Assembly: GCA_964019425.1 (NCBI GenBank) | Contig: OZ025780.1 | Span: forward strand, 1,612,001 to 1,676,000 | DNA length: 64,000 bases | Direction of reading: 5' to 3' | DNA from: Flectonema sp. DT1601 | Lineage: Eukaryota | Part shown: in pieces, positions 48,201-60,764 of the stretch | Layout of the letters: every line of letters starts with the position of its first letter | Position numbering within the stretch: position 1 is the stretch's first letter | Position numbers and translations under genes: made by a program | The notes under the pieces: generated by a model | Told to the model about the DNA's origin: nothing | Databases searched by the model: none | The model's input: only the letters and a program-made list of their open reading frames with translations

Positions 48201-51200
48201 TCTCTTCTTCAGAGCAGTGGATAGGTTCAATATTTGAACCAGTTAGGTCAGCTAACGGTGCTCTCAGTGCTATCGATTGGTTCTTAACGGGTGAGAATCA
48301 ATCAAATCATGCTTATGGTAGACTTTGTGGTATTTTAAAATGGGATGATGAGCCTTCAGAAACAAAGTCACCCTCCGTTTACAAAGAAGCGATCGTATGG
48401 AGGAGTACCTCAACTGTTCATATTTATGATGTTATTGAGAATGGAAGAAGGTTTTACAGATCACAAGTATACACATCTAACGCATGTTGGGCATACCACT
48501 CTCCTCATTTTGGTGAAGGAGAGTTAGATGCTGTGGTACCACAGCGAATGCAAGACATTGGTCCTAGTAAACAATTAGTTGCAGGAACCTCATCTCATGT
48601 TCAATTTTCTCAAGCCTCGATTACAATATCACGAACGATATCGCGAACTGAAGGTACTCAAACATACATACCTAGAAGATGTTTGAAGGGATTATTACCG
48701 GATGTGATCTTAGTAAAGTATAACTTTTGGCAATCACATTCCGACTCTTCATTGACTGGTTACGAGGCGGATAAGTCAGTTGAAATTCATTCAAAGATAA
48801 TGATTCAGCTTTATCCGAATAAGTCAAACGACGCCTATGCGAGAATAACAAAAGTAATTCAAATGAAGACAGAGGGAAGTGGGTATGTTGATGATCCAGA
48901 AAAGCAACCAATGCAACTTGTGAATATTCTAGATGGACGAGTGTCATCACTCGCAACATGTCTTGCACGTCTTGATAACGCATCCCATGTTTTAGTTTGG
49001 GCAGATCCAAGTGGTGCATTGCAATCAGTTGAGCTACCAAGACTTGATTTATCCTTCACTGCGAACTCTAAAGGATTACTATGTGATCAACACAGTGGTA
49101 TGTACTTATCCACTACAGAGTTGGATGATTCTGCAAAGCAACTAGTTCGTCAACTTGGTGGTGGGTGTATCGTTCTTGAGAATAAAATCGGAGAATACTT
49201 CGCTCTGACATCAGCATTTGAACCGATTCATGCAAACCTTAATGGATCGAGTAGAGGAAGTAAAGTAGTAGCTGTTCGGAATATCTCTGGTGAGGTTCCT
49301 GCAGGTACAGAAGGAGTTGTCAAAACTTGTGGTAAACAAATAGCATCAAGTCTTGTTGAATTTGAAAATGGAATAACATGCGATGCTGTTCATGATTCGG
49401 ACACGGTTGTCTCGAGTAGAAGATTTCAGATTCCGGATCCTCCGGAATTGCCATCCCCTACAAAGTGTGCAGGTTCTATAACACAACCGATCCTGTTTAA
49501 TAGCGATCCGTATTGCTCTGGGTTAGCTCCACGTCAACTTGGATGGTGTCATCATGAAGTTCCAACAACTGTTAGTGAAACACCAAGTTGGCTTACTATG
49601 ATCTCATCTGAAACATTTTCAAGACGTGGTGAACCAGCCTGGAATGACGGAATAGCAGATGGTGCCAGACATCACGTCTACCCACTTCATTTATCAAAAG
49701 CGTTTATATTCACTCCTACTCAAGGCAGTGCATTACACTTAGCACTTTGTTTAGTGTTGACTCGACAATTTGAGAAATTAGCAACCCTAACATACTGTCT
49801 ATCAGAAGCAACAACAAGTGAAGATCGACAGATGTGGGGAAGGATTATACTTGCGTTACAGCAAGATACTCATGCTGATGCGATTGCGTGTAGATTGAGA
49901 CTGTCGTTAGTGTTCGCACCGTTTGGAGTTGTTATGCAGCCGCCATGGGATATTAGAAAGGAAGTCATTCGATACATTCAGCGACGTCACGACATTAGTA
50001 GTTCATGCGCCTTAAGTATCGCTGATGAGAATATTCTGTTGAGGAACTGCGCAAGTACAAAAACCTTTGCAAACATGAGACTGATCGTTAACAGAACTCA
50101 GTTCTTATCTGGAAATGGAGGAAAACCATTTGAATATGACGGCTCATGGGATATCAAAAGTATTAAGAAACACAGCTACGATTGGACATCAAACGACGCA
50201 GCTGTTTCAACATTCAAGGGAGCATCCGAATGGGAAGCACCAAATTCTGGATACATCCGACCTCACACTAATTGGTTACAAGGGGCTGACGCTATTCACT
50301 ACATCGATACTCATTTGAATCCAGGAGAGACAAAGCATTCAATTCATTTTATGTTTATGTATGAAATCTTAACTGAAACACTCAAACTAAGCATTGCAGA
50401 TAATGATGATCAAAGGGCTAGTGCAGCTATGCTTGCGAGACACGGGAAATTTTCAACAAAGACGAGTGTGTTGCCTTCAATTATTAGGATTATTGATTTG
50501 AATAATGGTTTTATACAATTACTTCCGAAGTTTGTGGTTGAAGATCATCCACCCGCAGGAAAAAAAGAAAAGAAAAGCAGCGCAGCGATCGCTCAAAAAG
50601 TCTTATCCGACATACTTGCAAAACTACACGAAAATTCATCAAAACTTCTGCTATCACCTCCGGTGATTTGTGGTGTCTATGAGCCAATAGCTGGAAAATG
50701 CAAACTGAGCCCCGACGATCCACGATGGATGACAGTACCTTTCACAGAAGACGTAGACTGCACTACTCGTTACATTGGATACGCTCCTCCAAAGGGTACT
50801 TCATTCGGAGCACCTCTTGGTGATATCAGAGATGCTCACGTGTTGTTTAACTCAGTAGCAAGTGGAACTAGACCTGAAAATCTAAAAGAACTCCGAACAG
50901 CAATCGCTCTCTTAAAAACAGATAAGGTTGCTGATCGTTTTAAGAAAAGATTGATTACCGATGCGAAGCTTTACGAAGATTGTCTCAGCTCTAAAAAGGA
51001 ACCCGACCTGTCTCCATCATGTAACCTATCTCAGTTACGAGATCAGTTAGAAACTCGTAAGAGTACTGATGTTGTTGCACAGAAGTATGTTGAAACTCAA
51101 GCGACAAAAAAAGCAAATCCAAGTTGTACATGGTTAGCTCGTCGTGGGTCAAAAGTTGCTTCTCTTGATATGGTTCACTTAGTGAGGTCATTTCTTAGTA

Positions 51201-54200
51201 TAAATGGTGATCTGGTCTGTAAGAGACTAAACCCTGCTTTTGATCCTCAAATCTGGCTTGATGTGTCTAAATGGTTATACTTAAGTGTGAGAGTAGCTCA
51301 GACAACCAGATGTATTGATGCTCTTGACTCGTATGAAGCTCATCTTAAAAAAAATCCATCCGACACTTTGGGAATAAATTTAAAGAGAAAAGAACTTGCA
51401 AAACACATTGCATCTGAGAGATACTATTCATCTGAGGCACCAGAAAAGCAAATGAGTTCTTTTGATCCGAGGCTGTTGGTGTTTGAGTTTTTATTTGGAA
51501 TAGTTTTGAGAGAAGGTCAGATTTCACTGCTGTCAAAATTCATGACATCAGTCAATAAGAATGCGTCAATGTGTCACCAAATGCTTATGGGACAAGGTAA
51601 GACAACCGTCATTGTCCCACTCTTAGCACTTATGCTAACCAACGGAAATAGATTGGTAACTGCTTGTATGCCAAGGAGTTTGGTTGACTTTTCTCGTGCA
51701 GTTTTGAGAGAGAAATTCAACAATCCGGTACTACCAAAACCAGTCATGACATTTGAGTTTAATAGAATTACTGAACCAACACAGTCAATGCTTTTAAAGT
51801 TAGAAGGAGCTGTAAGACAACGTGCTGTAGTAGTAGCCCATCCCAGCGCTTTAAAATCTGTCTTATTAAAACTTGTTGAGCTGATGGAAAAGTTAGATGC
51901 TGACAGGCTAGTCGCTGAAGCTGAAAAACAAGAAAAACAGGGTCTTGGTACTCTCGCAAAGTTTAAGAACGTTCTTGGATTTGGAGGTCACACTTCACAC
52001 ACACTTAGAAAAAATGAAATAGTTCACATCAGAGAACAAATAGAAAGCTGTAAGAAAGTCCATTTAATATTCAAAGCAGGAGTAATGCTTATGGACGAAG
52101 TCGATTTACTTTTACATCCTTTGAAATCTGAATTAAATTGGCCACTTGGAGAGAAGGTACCCCTGGACATGACTGTCGCTAATCAAGACGACATTCCAAG
52201 TGATTATAAGGAAGAAAATGGTTTGAGATATCAACTTCCTTGGCAGTTAATTGACGTCATTCATCATACAGAAGGAGAAGAACTAACTGCGTTTAGTAAT
52301 AATAAAGACGCATTGCAGGTGGCAGCGGATGTTAAAATTGTTTTAAAGAAGGGAATTGATTGTAAAGCTGTTCAAACTGTTCCTCATGTTGCGTTACTAT
52401 CAAGAGAGTTTTATGATTCTGAAATTGTACCTCTGATGTGCAGGTGGTGTTTGATATGGCTCAGAGCAAAGAGATCGTCTCCGGATTTGAGAAATGAGGA
52501 AATCTTGTTGTTTTTATCAGCTCCGAAATCACCTCCAGCGGCATTGTCTGAAAGGATATTGCGAACTGGGAAAGATCGAGATCTGAAATTGTTGAATTTA
52601 ACTGCTGAGTGGATTCATGTTTATCTTCCTCACATATTGAAAAGAGTTCACAGAGTTGCTTATGGGGCTTTAAGACAATCTGAACTCGATAGAGCCATTA
52701 GAATTGATCCAAGAACACCAAAGAGCAGAAGACTATTAGCTGTTCCATTCGTTGGTAAGGACACCCCTAGTGCTAGCTCAGAGTTCCAAAACCCAGACAT
52801 AGTAATTGGATTTACATCATTATCGTATAGGTTTGATGGTCTTCGTCAGGACGATTTCAAACACATGCTTCAAATGTTAAAAGATCAACTATTCGACGAG
52901 AGTGGCATCCCATACAGACAACGAACTGCAGTAAAACTATACGTTGACTGGATTCGACTAGCAAGATGCAGAGTCAGAGGATTTTCATGGAATGGAACGT
53001 ACCTCTGTGGTAAAAAGGATACGATTCCTACACCTGACTATCCAGAATTAAAAACACCAGCTCAGTCACCAGATGATATCGACTTAACTGAATTAGATGA
53101 ATCGGATCTTCGTAAGAATGTTTGGCCTCTTGAAGTTCTCGACATTAGAGATGTTGATCAAGTTGAATTCTTATATAAAATACTACACAAATCTTTGTAT
53201 TGTATGAAATACTATTTAGATATTCACGTTTTCCCAACAACACTAAAGAAATCACCTCATCAACTAGCCGCCTCAGGACAAGAATTAGCAGGTGAACCAC
53301 TTTCAATAGTCCGACTTGGGTTCAGCGGAACTCCAAATGATTTACTTCCAAAAGACATGGGAAGATGTCAATTTGCTGATGGAGATGATGGACAAATCTT
53401 GGCAACAGTACTAAAGACAGACGTAATATCAACGCTTGTTTTAGAAGAGCAGTGGTCACCTCTCAGCATACTTCGACTGGTTGCAACATCCGGTAAATAC
53501 ACAGCACTTATTGACTGTGGTGCATTAGTCACAGGATATACAAACTTTGAAACAGCACAGACGTTACTTGAGCTTGGTCTACAGAATATGAAAGGAGTTG
53601 TTTATCTCTCATCTGATGATGAACGAATGGTTCTGTTAAGAGATGGATTACGTAGTATGCCTTTAGAACAATGTGGTCTTGCATGGCATGAACGATTTAC
53701 TTTTTATGATCACATTCACACTACTGGAATGGATATCAAACAACCTCTAAGTTGTACAGCCGCACTCACTATTGGTAAGGATATGGTATTTAGAGACTAT
53801 GCTCAAGGGGCGTATCGAATGAGAGGTATCGGAGCTGGTCAAAGAATTGAGTTGGTGATTCCTCCTCAGGTTGATAGTCTGATGAAGACTCGAATTAATT
53901 CATGTTCACTCACATCAGTATCGAGAAGGCAATCGACACCTATCATGGATGTCGTGATTTGGTTAATCATTACAGCACTTGAAGCGGAGAAACATCAGTT
54001 TCAACTTTTATGTCAACAGAATCTCGGAACCACTTGGAGATACGTCGCACTTCAAACTTTATGTAAGTCGGAGGGAAGTTCTTCAGATGCTGCTGATAGT
54101 TTACGTATTCTTAGAGATCCTGTTGCCTTTACTGTTCGGAATACGTTACCAGAAGATAGAAAGATGACTGTGATTGATGATTTGAGAAGTCTTCAAAATA

Positions 54201-56903
54201 GAAATCGTAATTGGATAACACCAGACGGTATGAAGATGTGTGAAGTCATCTTCGCTGAGCTAATGGGTGCTGATGTTGAACTAAAATCAAGTAATGAACT
54301 GGAAACAAATCTCGAATCAGAAGTCGTCCAGGAACAAGAACAAGAACAAGAGCAAGAGCAGGAACAAGAACAAGAACAGGAATTAGAAATCGAAGTTGAA
54401 CAAGAAGAAGAAGACGTTCCGGAAGCACCAGCTCCACAGAAGTATTCTCGAAAAGAAGAAGAACCCGTCGGATGGCCAGTTTCTCAGCTTGTTGGTCCTC
54501 CAGAAAAAGCGCATTCATTTTATCCAGCATCAGAGTTTTCTGTGTTTCGAAGTGTCGCTCGTTCGAAGTGTCCAACTATATGCTATCCTCCTTATTTAAT
54601 GCTCTCAAATAATTATTATAGAAAGACTTGGAGGATGAGATCAGTTAGAAGACTTCGTAATGTTGTTGTGTTAATGGAATGGATTCCTGATCCAAAAATG
54701 TTGAAAATTCACGAACACAAAACACCCTTATCAGAAGATCAAAAACGTCAACTGAGAACAGCCTTTTCTTTATTTGATGCTGACGGGACTGGATTGATTC
54801 AAAAAACACAACTTCGATCGTTGTTGGAATCACTAGAAATGATTGTCGAAGGAGAAGAGCAGACCAGCGCTATTCTCGATCAGTTCACTGATGACAACAA
54901 CACCGGTATTACAAGAAAGACACTCGAAGATGCGATTGGTAAACAGGCATTCTTTAAAATTCAAGACGGGAGATACTTCGTAATCCTATGTTTGGATGAA
55001 GCTGAACATCTGAGAGCAGCACTTCCAAGTTTGAAGGCAGCGAATATCGCATTAAGGGCACTCCCTCTGAGATCATTAGTAAGTACAAGACTGGATTGGT
55101 CGAAGCAATTTACTCCTCCTCCAGTTGCGTCTCAACAGGGAGACGCTGTAGAGGCAGCCATGATGTTCTTCGATTGTCAGGATGCAATTACTCCAAAAGA
55201 CTTGTCTTGGTGTTTACGTATACTTCATGATTCTCCTTGTGCTGATCGTCGTGAATGGTATAACCAAACAAGATCATGTAGACGTCGTGCTAAAAAACCA
55301 TGGCAACAACTTCCTGTTGCTCGTCTCTTCCTCACTGCAGATGAGTATTCTCAACTAGCTGTTAGAGCAACTATTAGTCGGGTAAAGCTAACGATGAGAG
55401 CGAGAAATATTTGGCCAACAGACTTATTCAGAGCATTCGACACTCGTAAACGTGGTCTCCTTCAACAAGGAGAACTCTCAGAAGGATTAAAATGGTTTGG
55501 AATAACACAACTGTCTGAAGAACAATATAAGTTGGTATACAAACACATCTCAAAGGGTTCTGGGATCTCACTGGATGACTTTAAGGCTGCCTTTGATAGA
55601 GATGATGATGATGGTGAGCTACATGATGATGGACCGTCTGATATAACATCAGTCGCGGAAAAGTTGGGATCTGCTGACGCAACAGGTCCTGCCTTAGCGC
55701 AGGATCCGTCAGCTAATATGGTCAAGGCTGTTCCGAGTCTTAAAGTTGAGAAATCTCGTTTCGAACTGGAAGCTCAACGTTGTTCTTCCTTTACTCGAGT
55801 GTGGACATCTCGTGGAACTCCTTGTGAGAGTCCTTTATCAATATGGAAGATGGATATTAAATCAAAGCACCGTTGGGGAGGTTCTTATTCTAAACGAGTT
55901 TCATTCGGTCACGTTGCTCGCCCAGGATTCCACAAACCATCTTCAAAAGACGATTGGCCAGCTCTAATGCTTGCAATCAGTGATCGTGCTGGGATGCGTG
56001 CTCCTGGAGAGCTTCGCAAGTATGTACCAATTATCATTTATTTTGTTATGTAGTTTTGGTGATGAATGCAAAAAAAATAATAAAACACAAAACAGGTGGA
56101 TTGACACATACATGCCACATCCAGTCTCTTATAGATTAATTTGGCAATTGAAATCTGCGAACACTGAACTGTACGCCTGGAGACCAATCCCTCCGTCAGC
56201 ACTGTTTATTGCGATTGGGAATGTGTGTACGACGACCTCTGCGGTATGTTAATATTATGTTTTAATGAAAACGACAATAACCCAATTGAGAAGTAATAAC
56301 AAAATCAAATAACAGGAACCACCACCGACAGAAGTTCGTTGCTATCCACGTGATTGGTGTAACGAAGCCGTCCCTTACTTGACATGGGAGGAAGCAAACC
56401 TTGGAACTCCTGCAAAGCTGTGGACTGGAAATAGTTTTGGTTCGATGCATTTTGAAGTCTTAGGTCATAAATTACAAATATTAGAACCGAAACCTGGTAG
56501 ATTTTACTGCGATGAGAAGGCCAGCGAGCAAGACGCTGAAAGAGTAGTTCCCCAGGGACAGGAATTTAACATTGTCGGTGTTAGGATTGCCAGTCATGAA
56601 GAAAGAGAAGGAGTCATGTATTTCATTATTGAAGTCACAACCATTGACGGTAACAGTTGGAAAGTATACAAGCGCTATAATATGTTTTTCGATCTTAGAG
56701 AGAAGTGTGACAGACATGGACACACTACATCTCATTCATTCCCATCAAAAACACTTCTAAAAGTAACAGGCGAAGCTTTAGACGAACGCCGTAAATCTCT
56801 CGACTGGTACATGACAGAGATGACCGAGAAAGCTCGTCAGCCATGGGGAGGAGTCCTGCGACCTGTTCTCACAGAATTCCTTTCCTTAGCACCGGAAGAT
56901 TAG
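42284..56903 (+). CDS. ~4823-aa DUF3638/DUF3645 helicase-like giant protein with PDZ, Zn-ribbon, EF-hands, Vps62-like region and C-terminal PX domain; introns 56020-56095 and 56244-56315
   Basis: QMLMGQGKTTVIVP, MDEVDLLL, LAVPFVGKDTPSASSEF, GFSGT, TGMDIK, QGAYRMRG, EQEQEQ run, FDADGTGLIQ. Splicing joins the 55971 and 56379 ORFs (KRYNMFFDL..FPSK..ERRKSL PX motif). Confidence 0.85.
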
Positions 56904-57873
56904 TGATCATCTGTGAACACTTGTTTAATCATAGTTGTCTTTATTTTTTTATTTTTAAATTCCTGATTCGCTTAAGAATCTCAAAACAAAAAAACAGAAA
57001 AAAAAAACATACGGAAAAAAAAAAAAAAAAAATAAACAATTTGAATTCAGTTTCCAATATATCACGTGGGAACTCTTCCTGCGTTGTTTCTGACAAACGC
57101 GTTTAGAAAATATTTTTTACAAAAAGCGGAAATAAATCCTTTTTAATTTAGTAGAAAAGGTCGTAATTTTTTGTTATTGTTTTTCTTAGAGGTTATTGTT
57201 GGATTTAAACTGCTGTCGGGTATTATTCCTTTAAAGAAAATATCTGACCACGACATCCGAAGTCGGTTAGACATAATTAATGAGTCTTTGTTGCCGTATT
57301 TAATTATATAACGAATAAAAATGAAAAAAAAAAAAAAAAAAAAGTTAGTGGTTTTTATTTTTATTTTTTTTTTCCTCAATGTGAGTCATTGCTCTACCTT
57401 ATCATGGCTAACTTCTATCCGCCGTTGCTGTTCATGCAACAAGTTCTTTTTTTTTTTTGTTTTGTTTTATTTATTCTTTCGGAAGACAAAAGAGGATATG
57501 CAGTAAAAATGAGGTTGCTACGGGTTGGGTCCTCGTCCAGTACCCTACTCCCTAGTATGCAGCTACTGATACAAACATATCTTCATGTTCTGTGAAAGTA
57601 AATTGGGATTCGGATTTTGATTTTTTTTTTTTTTTTTTTTTTTTTGTTGCCTGATTCTCTCTGTTACAAGGTTTTGATTCAAATTTTCCTATTTTTTTTT
57701 TTTTTTTCCCTTCTCTCCTCAACATTTATTTAAATTGCAGAGCTACACACACAAATATTTTCATCGTTAGGTATGATTATCGTTGTAGTTAATTGCTTTT
57801 GCCATAAATTACATTTACCAGTCTCGCACTCTATTTAAACAGACTTTCTACACAAAAAAAAAAAAAAAAAGAA

Positions 57874-59063
57874 ATGCCACTGCGAACTACATTGATTTGT
57901 ATGTCCTGGGCAGCTGCTGCCGGAGTTGGGAGTGATGAGTTTCGTATTTGGAAGGAAGCTGCAGGGCGAACCTATTCAGTTGAAGAAGAAACGCAGAGAG
58001 TAAGTTACTACATCGCTAATATGGAAGAGGCATCCAATATGAATGATTTAAATAAAAAAGCTAAATTTGGAGAAAATAACATGATCGATTGGAGCGCTGA
58101 TGAATTCACGTCGATACTCTCAAAAGACACCACCGTCAGCAGAGATCATCTTTCCCTTTTCGCGGATGACGTGATTGAAGGAGTTGAAAATAAGTCACCG
58201 GTAGACTGGAGAACAAAAGCAGTAACAGATATTCCTACACAAGGAAAAGGATGTGCATCTGGTTGGGCATTCGCCGCAGCAGCTGCTATTGAAGGACAGC
58301 GTGCTTCAATAAGCGGCTGGAGTCTCGAAAAGGTATCTGTCGAAGACTTCATCCGATGTGATCATATTAACAAAGGATGTTCTGGTGGAACAGCACACGA
58401 AGCTATAACCTGGACAGCTGAGAACGGAGGTGTTTTTACAGCCGATAAATACCCAACCACCGATCACACAAAACAGATTCGTTGTTCTCGTCGTGGAAAG
58501 GGATCACCTTCAATTGCTGTACGCGGCATCGGAGCCCTCCCAACTAGTGAGAAGGAAATGCTTCACTTTCTCAGGAATTGGGGACCGTTCGCTGTTGAGA
58601 TATGTGCTACTTCGATAATGGTTTGTTTTTATTAAAATAATGATACTTGATATCCCTTTAAAAGTCCTTTATGTCTACTTTATGTTACCCTATAAAGGGA
58701 TCCACGTAATTATAAACTACATCAACTAACTAAAACAGACTTATCAAAGCGGCATCATCACTGACTGTAAATGTGAGAACCACGATCACTCAGCAGCCGT
58801 GGTTGGTTGGGGAGATGATGATGGAACAAAGTATGTCATGTGAGTTTTTAATGGTGTTGGTTTACAACACCAGCAACGACAAAAACAACAACAACAGGTA
58901 TTGGTTGGTCAAGAACTCCTGGGGTACTGGTTGGGGTGAGTTCGGATATTTCCGTATTGCGTACGGTCGGAACATGTGTGGTATTGAAGACAAGGCAACC
59001 TTTGGTATGGTTGACCTTGAACCATCTCATGAGCAGGCTATGCGTCTTACAGGCGAACTATAA
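57874..59063 (+). CDS. Papain-family (C1A) cysteine peptidase homologue with I29 propeptide, predicted inactive (Cys->Gly); introns 58621-58738 and 58831-58897
   Basis: Signal peptide, [41 protein letters not shown]. Spliced CDS is 1005 nt. Confidence 0.9.
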
Positions 59064-59285
59064 GATGAACTTATCAACGACTTCACTGATATTGTAACTG
59101 TTAGTCATCGTCGCATTCTGTCGCAGAATCTGCCAGTAGCGTTGTTTTTTTTTTTAATAACACGATTTATTTCTTCTTTTTACAATTCTTTTTTATTTCA
59201 ACAGGACGAGAGCATACAAAATTACATATCGATTTCTCTAATCACAAATTACCTTCAGTCCCTTCTTACTACTATGGAATAACAG

Positions 59286-60545
59286 ATGTCAGAAGCCGTG
59301 GAAAAACGACGAAAGGTCAGCCAAGATGGAACTGTTGCAAAAATAAACTTTATGGGAACATGTGCTATGAATAAAAAGATGGTTTCATCAGCGAAAAATG
59401 AACTTCGAGAGAAGTATGGCAACAGCTTAATTGGAGAACCCGAATGGGAATTAGGCAAATTGTTCTACACGGTGGAATACACTGATGAGGTTTCGGAGGT
59501 AATGTGGACCCTCACTACTATGGAAAAGATATTTGTGGTGGTGGCGAAAATAGATCAACTGAAATCTAAGGACGAGAATCCATCAGCTAAAATAAAAGAA
59601 TTTGAAAGCTTTGGTCAACTCTACGACTGGTCTGCAGCTCTACAGAATCACATCAAGGTAACTAACTGCGGAGGTTCTGTTCCATCGTTTAAGGTTTTTT
59701 GCAAGAGAAAAGGTGTTCATTTTGATAGCATCACACGCGAAGATATTGCAGCTGCTCTTGCTGGTGGTGTCCAAGATGCCACTGGTTGGAAGATTGACTT
59801 AAAAAATCCAACATTGCAGGTCGTATGTACCTGCAATGACCAAGGAATACTACTGGCTTTACAAGCAGCAAAACAATCAACCAATAGAAATTACATTTCT
59901 CAGACGGGTTTGAAGGGACTGCATCCAACTGTTTCTTGGTTCATAGCGAGATGTGCTGAACCACTACCAGGTGATTTCATTCTTGATACTTGCTGTGGAA
60001 GAGGCATCATACTCGGTGAGGCATTTTCAAGATGGCCAAAAAGCCATTATTTTGGCTCTGACATCTCAACAAAACAACTAAATGACGCGACTACCAACTT
60101 TAAAACATTACAATCACCTGTTGAACTGCTTCACTGCGATATGACGAAGCATGTTTTTAAATGTTCTTCTTTTGATGTTATTTATGCTGATTTGCCGTTT
60201 GGACGACAACACGGATCGTTGTCAGAAAATCAACAGCTCTACCCGCCTGCTTTAGCTGAATGTTCGAGGATGTTATCACCTGGTGGTCGGCTTGTTATTT
60301 TAACGGATGCAAATAACACGGCGCTTCTTCGATCATCAGTAGAGTCTACTGGATTCTTATCACTGATTCGTCGTAGATGGTTGAGATTAGGAACAACTGA
60401 TGCTCAAGTTTATATTTTTAAAAAAGAACTGACGGAGACGATGATTGATTGGAGCGATTCTGCCTTAAGCAAACCTTTTAAATGGGAAGGAAGGAGTTGG
60501 GCAGAGACTTGTGCGAAGGAAAGAACCGGGATGGTTCCTACGTAA
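59286..60545 (+). CDS. THUMP-domain RNA m2G methyltransferase (THUMPD2/THUMPD3/Trm14-like)
   Basis: THUMP-like SFKVFCKRKG..WKIDLKNP, SAM motif LDTCCGRG, DLPFG motif. Confidence 0.85.
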   Translation: MSEAVEKRRKVSQDGTVAKINFMGTCAMNKKMVSSAKNELREKYGNSLIGEPEWELGKLFYTVEYTDEVSEVMWTLTTMEKIFVVVAKIDQLKSKDENPSAKIKEFESFGQLYDWSAALQNHIKVTNCGGSVPSFKVFCKRKGVHFDSITREDIAAALAGGVQDATGWKIDLKNPTLQVVCTCNDQGILLALQAAKQSTNRNYISQTGLKGLHPTVSWFIARCAEPLPGDFILDTCCGRGIILGEAFSRWPKSHYFGSDISTKQLNDATTNFKTLQSPVELLHCDMTKHVFKCSSFDVIYADLPFGRQHGSLSENQQLYPPALAECSRMLSPGGRLVILTDANNTALLRSSVESTGFLSLIRRRWLRLGTTDAQVYIFKKELTETMIDWSDSALSKPFKWEGRSWAETCAKERTGMVPT

Positions 60546-60764
60546 ATCATCTTGTTTTATTGATACCTCACACTAGTCTATTTTATATCATTCCTTCCTA
60601 CAGACTCAAATATTCTAATATTCCTGTATTAATAAACTTGATATTGATAACCTGATTAAAACTACTAAAACTATTTTATTATTAACAGAACCAACTAATT
60701 CGGTTCATATGATCGGATAGAGACTTAGAGAGTTTCTTTTTGTTTTGTTTTTTGGAAACATAAG

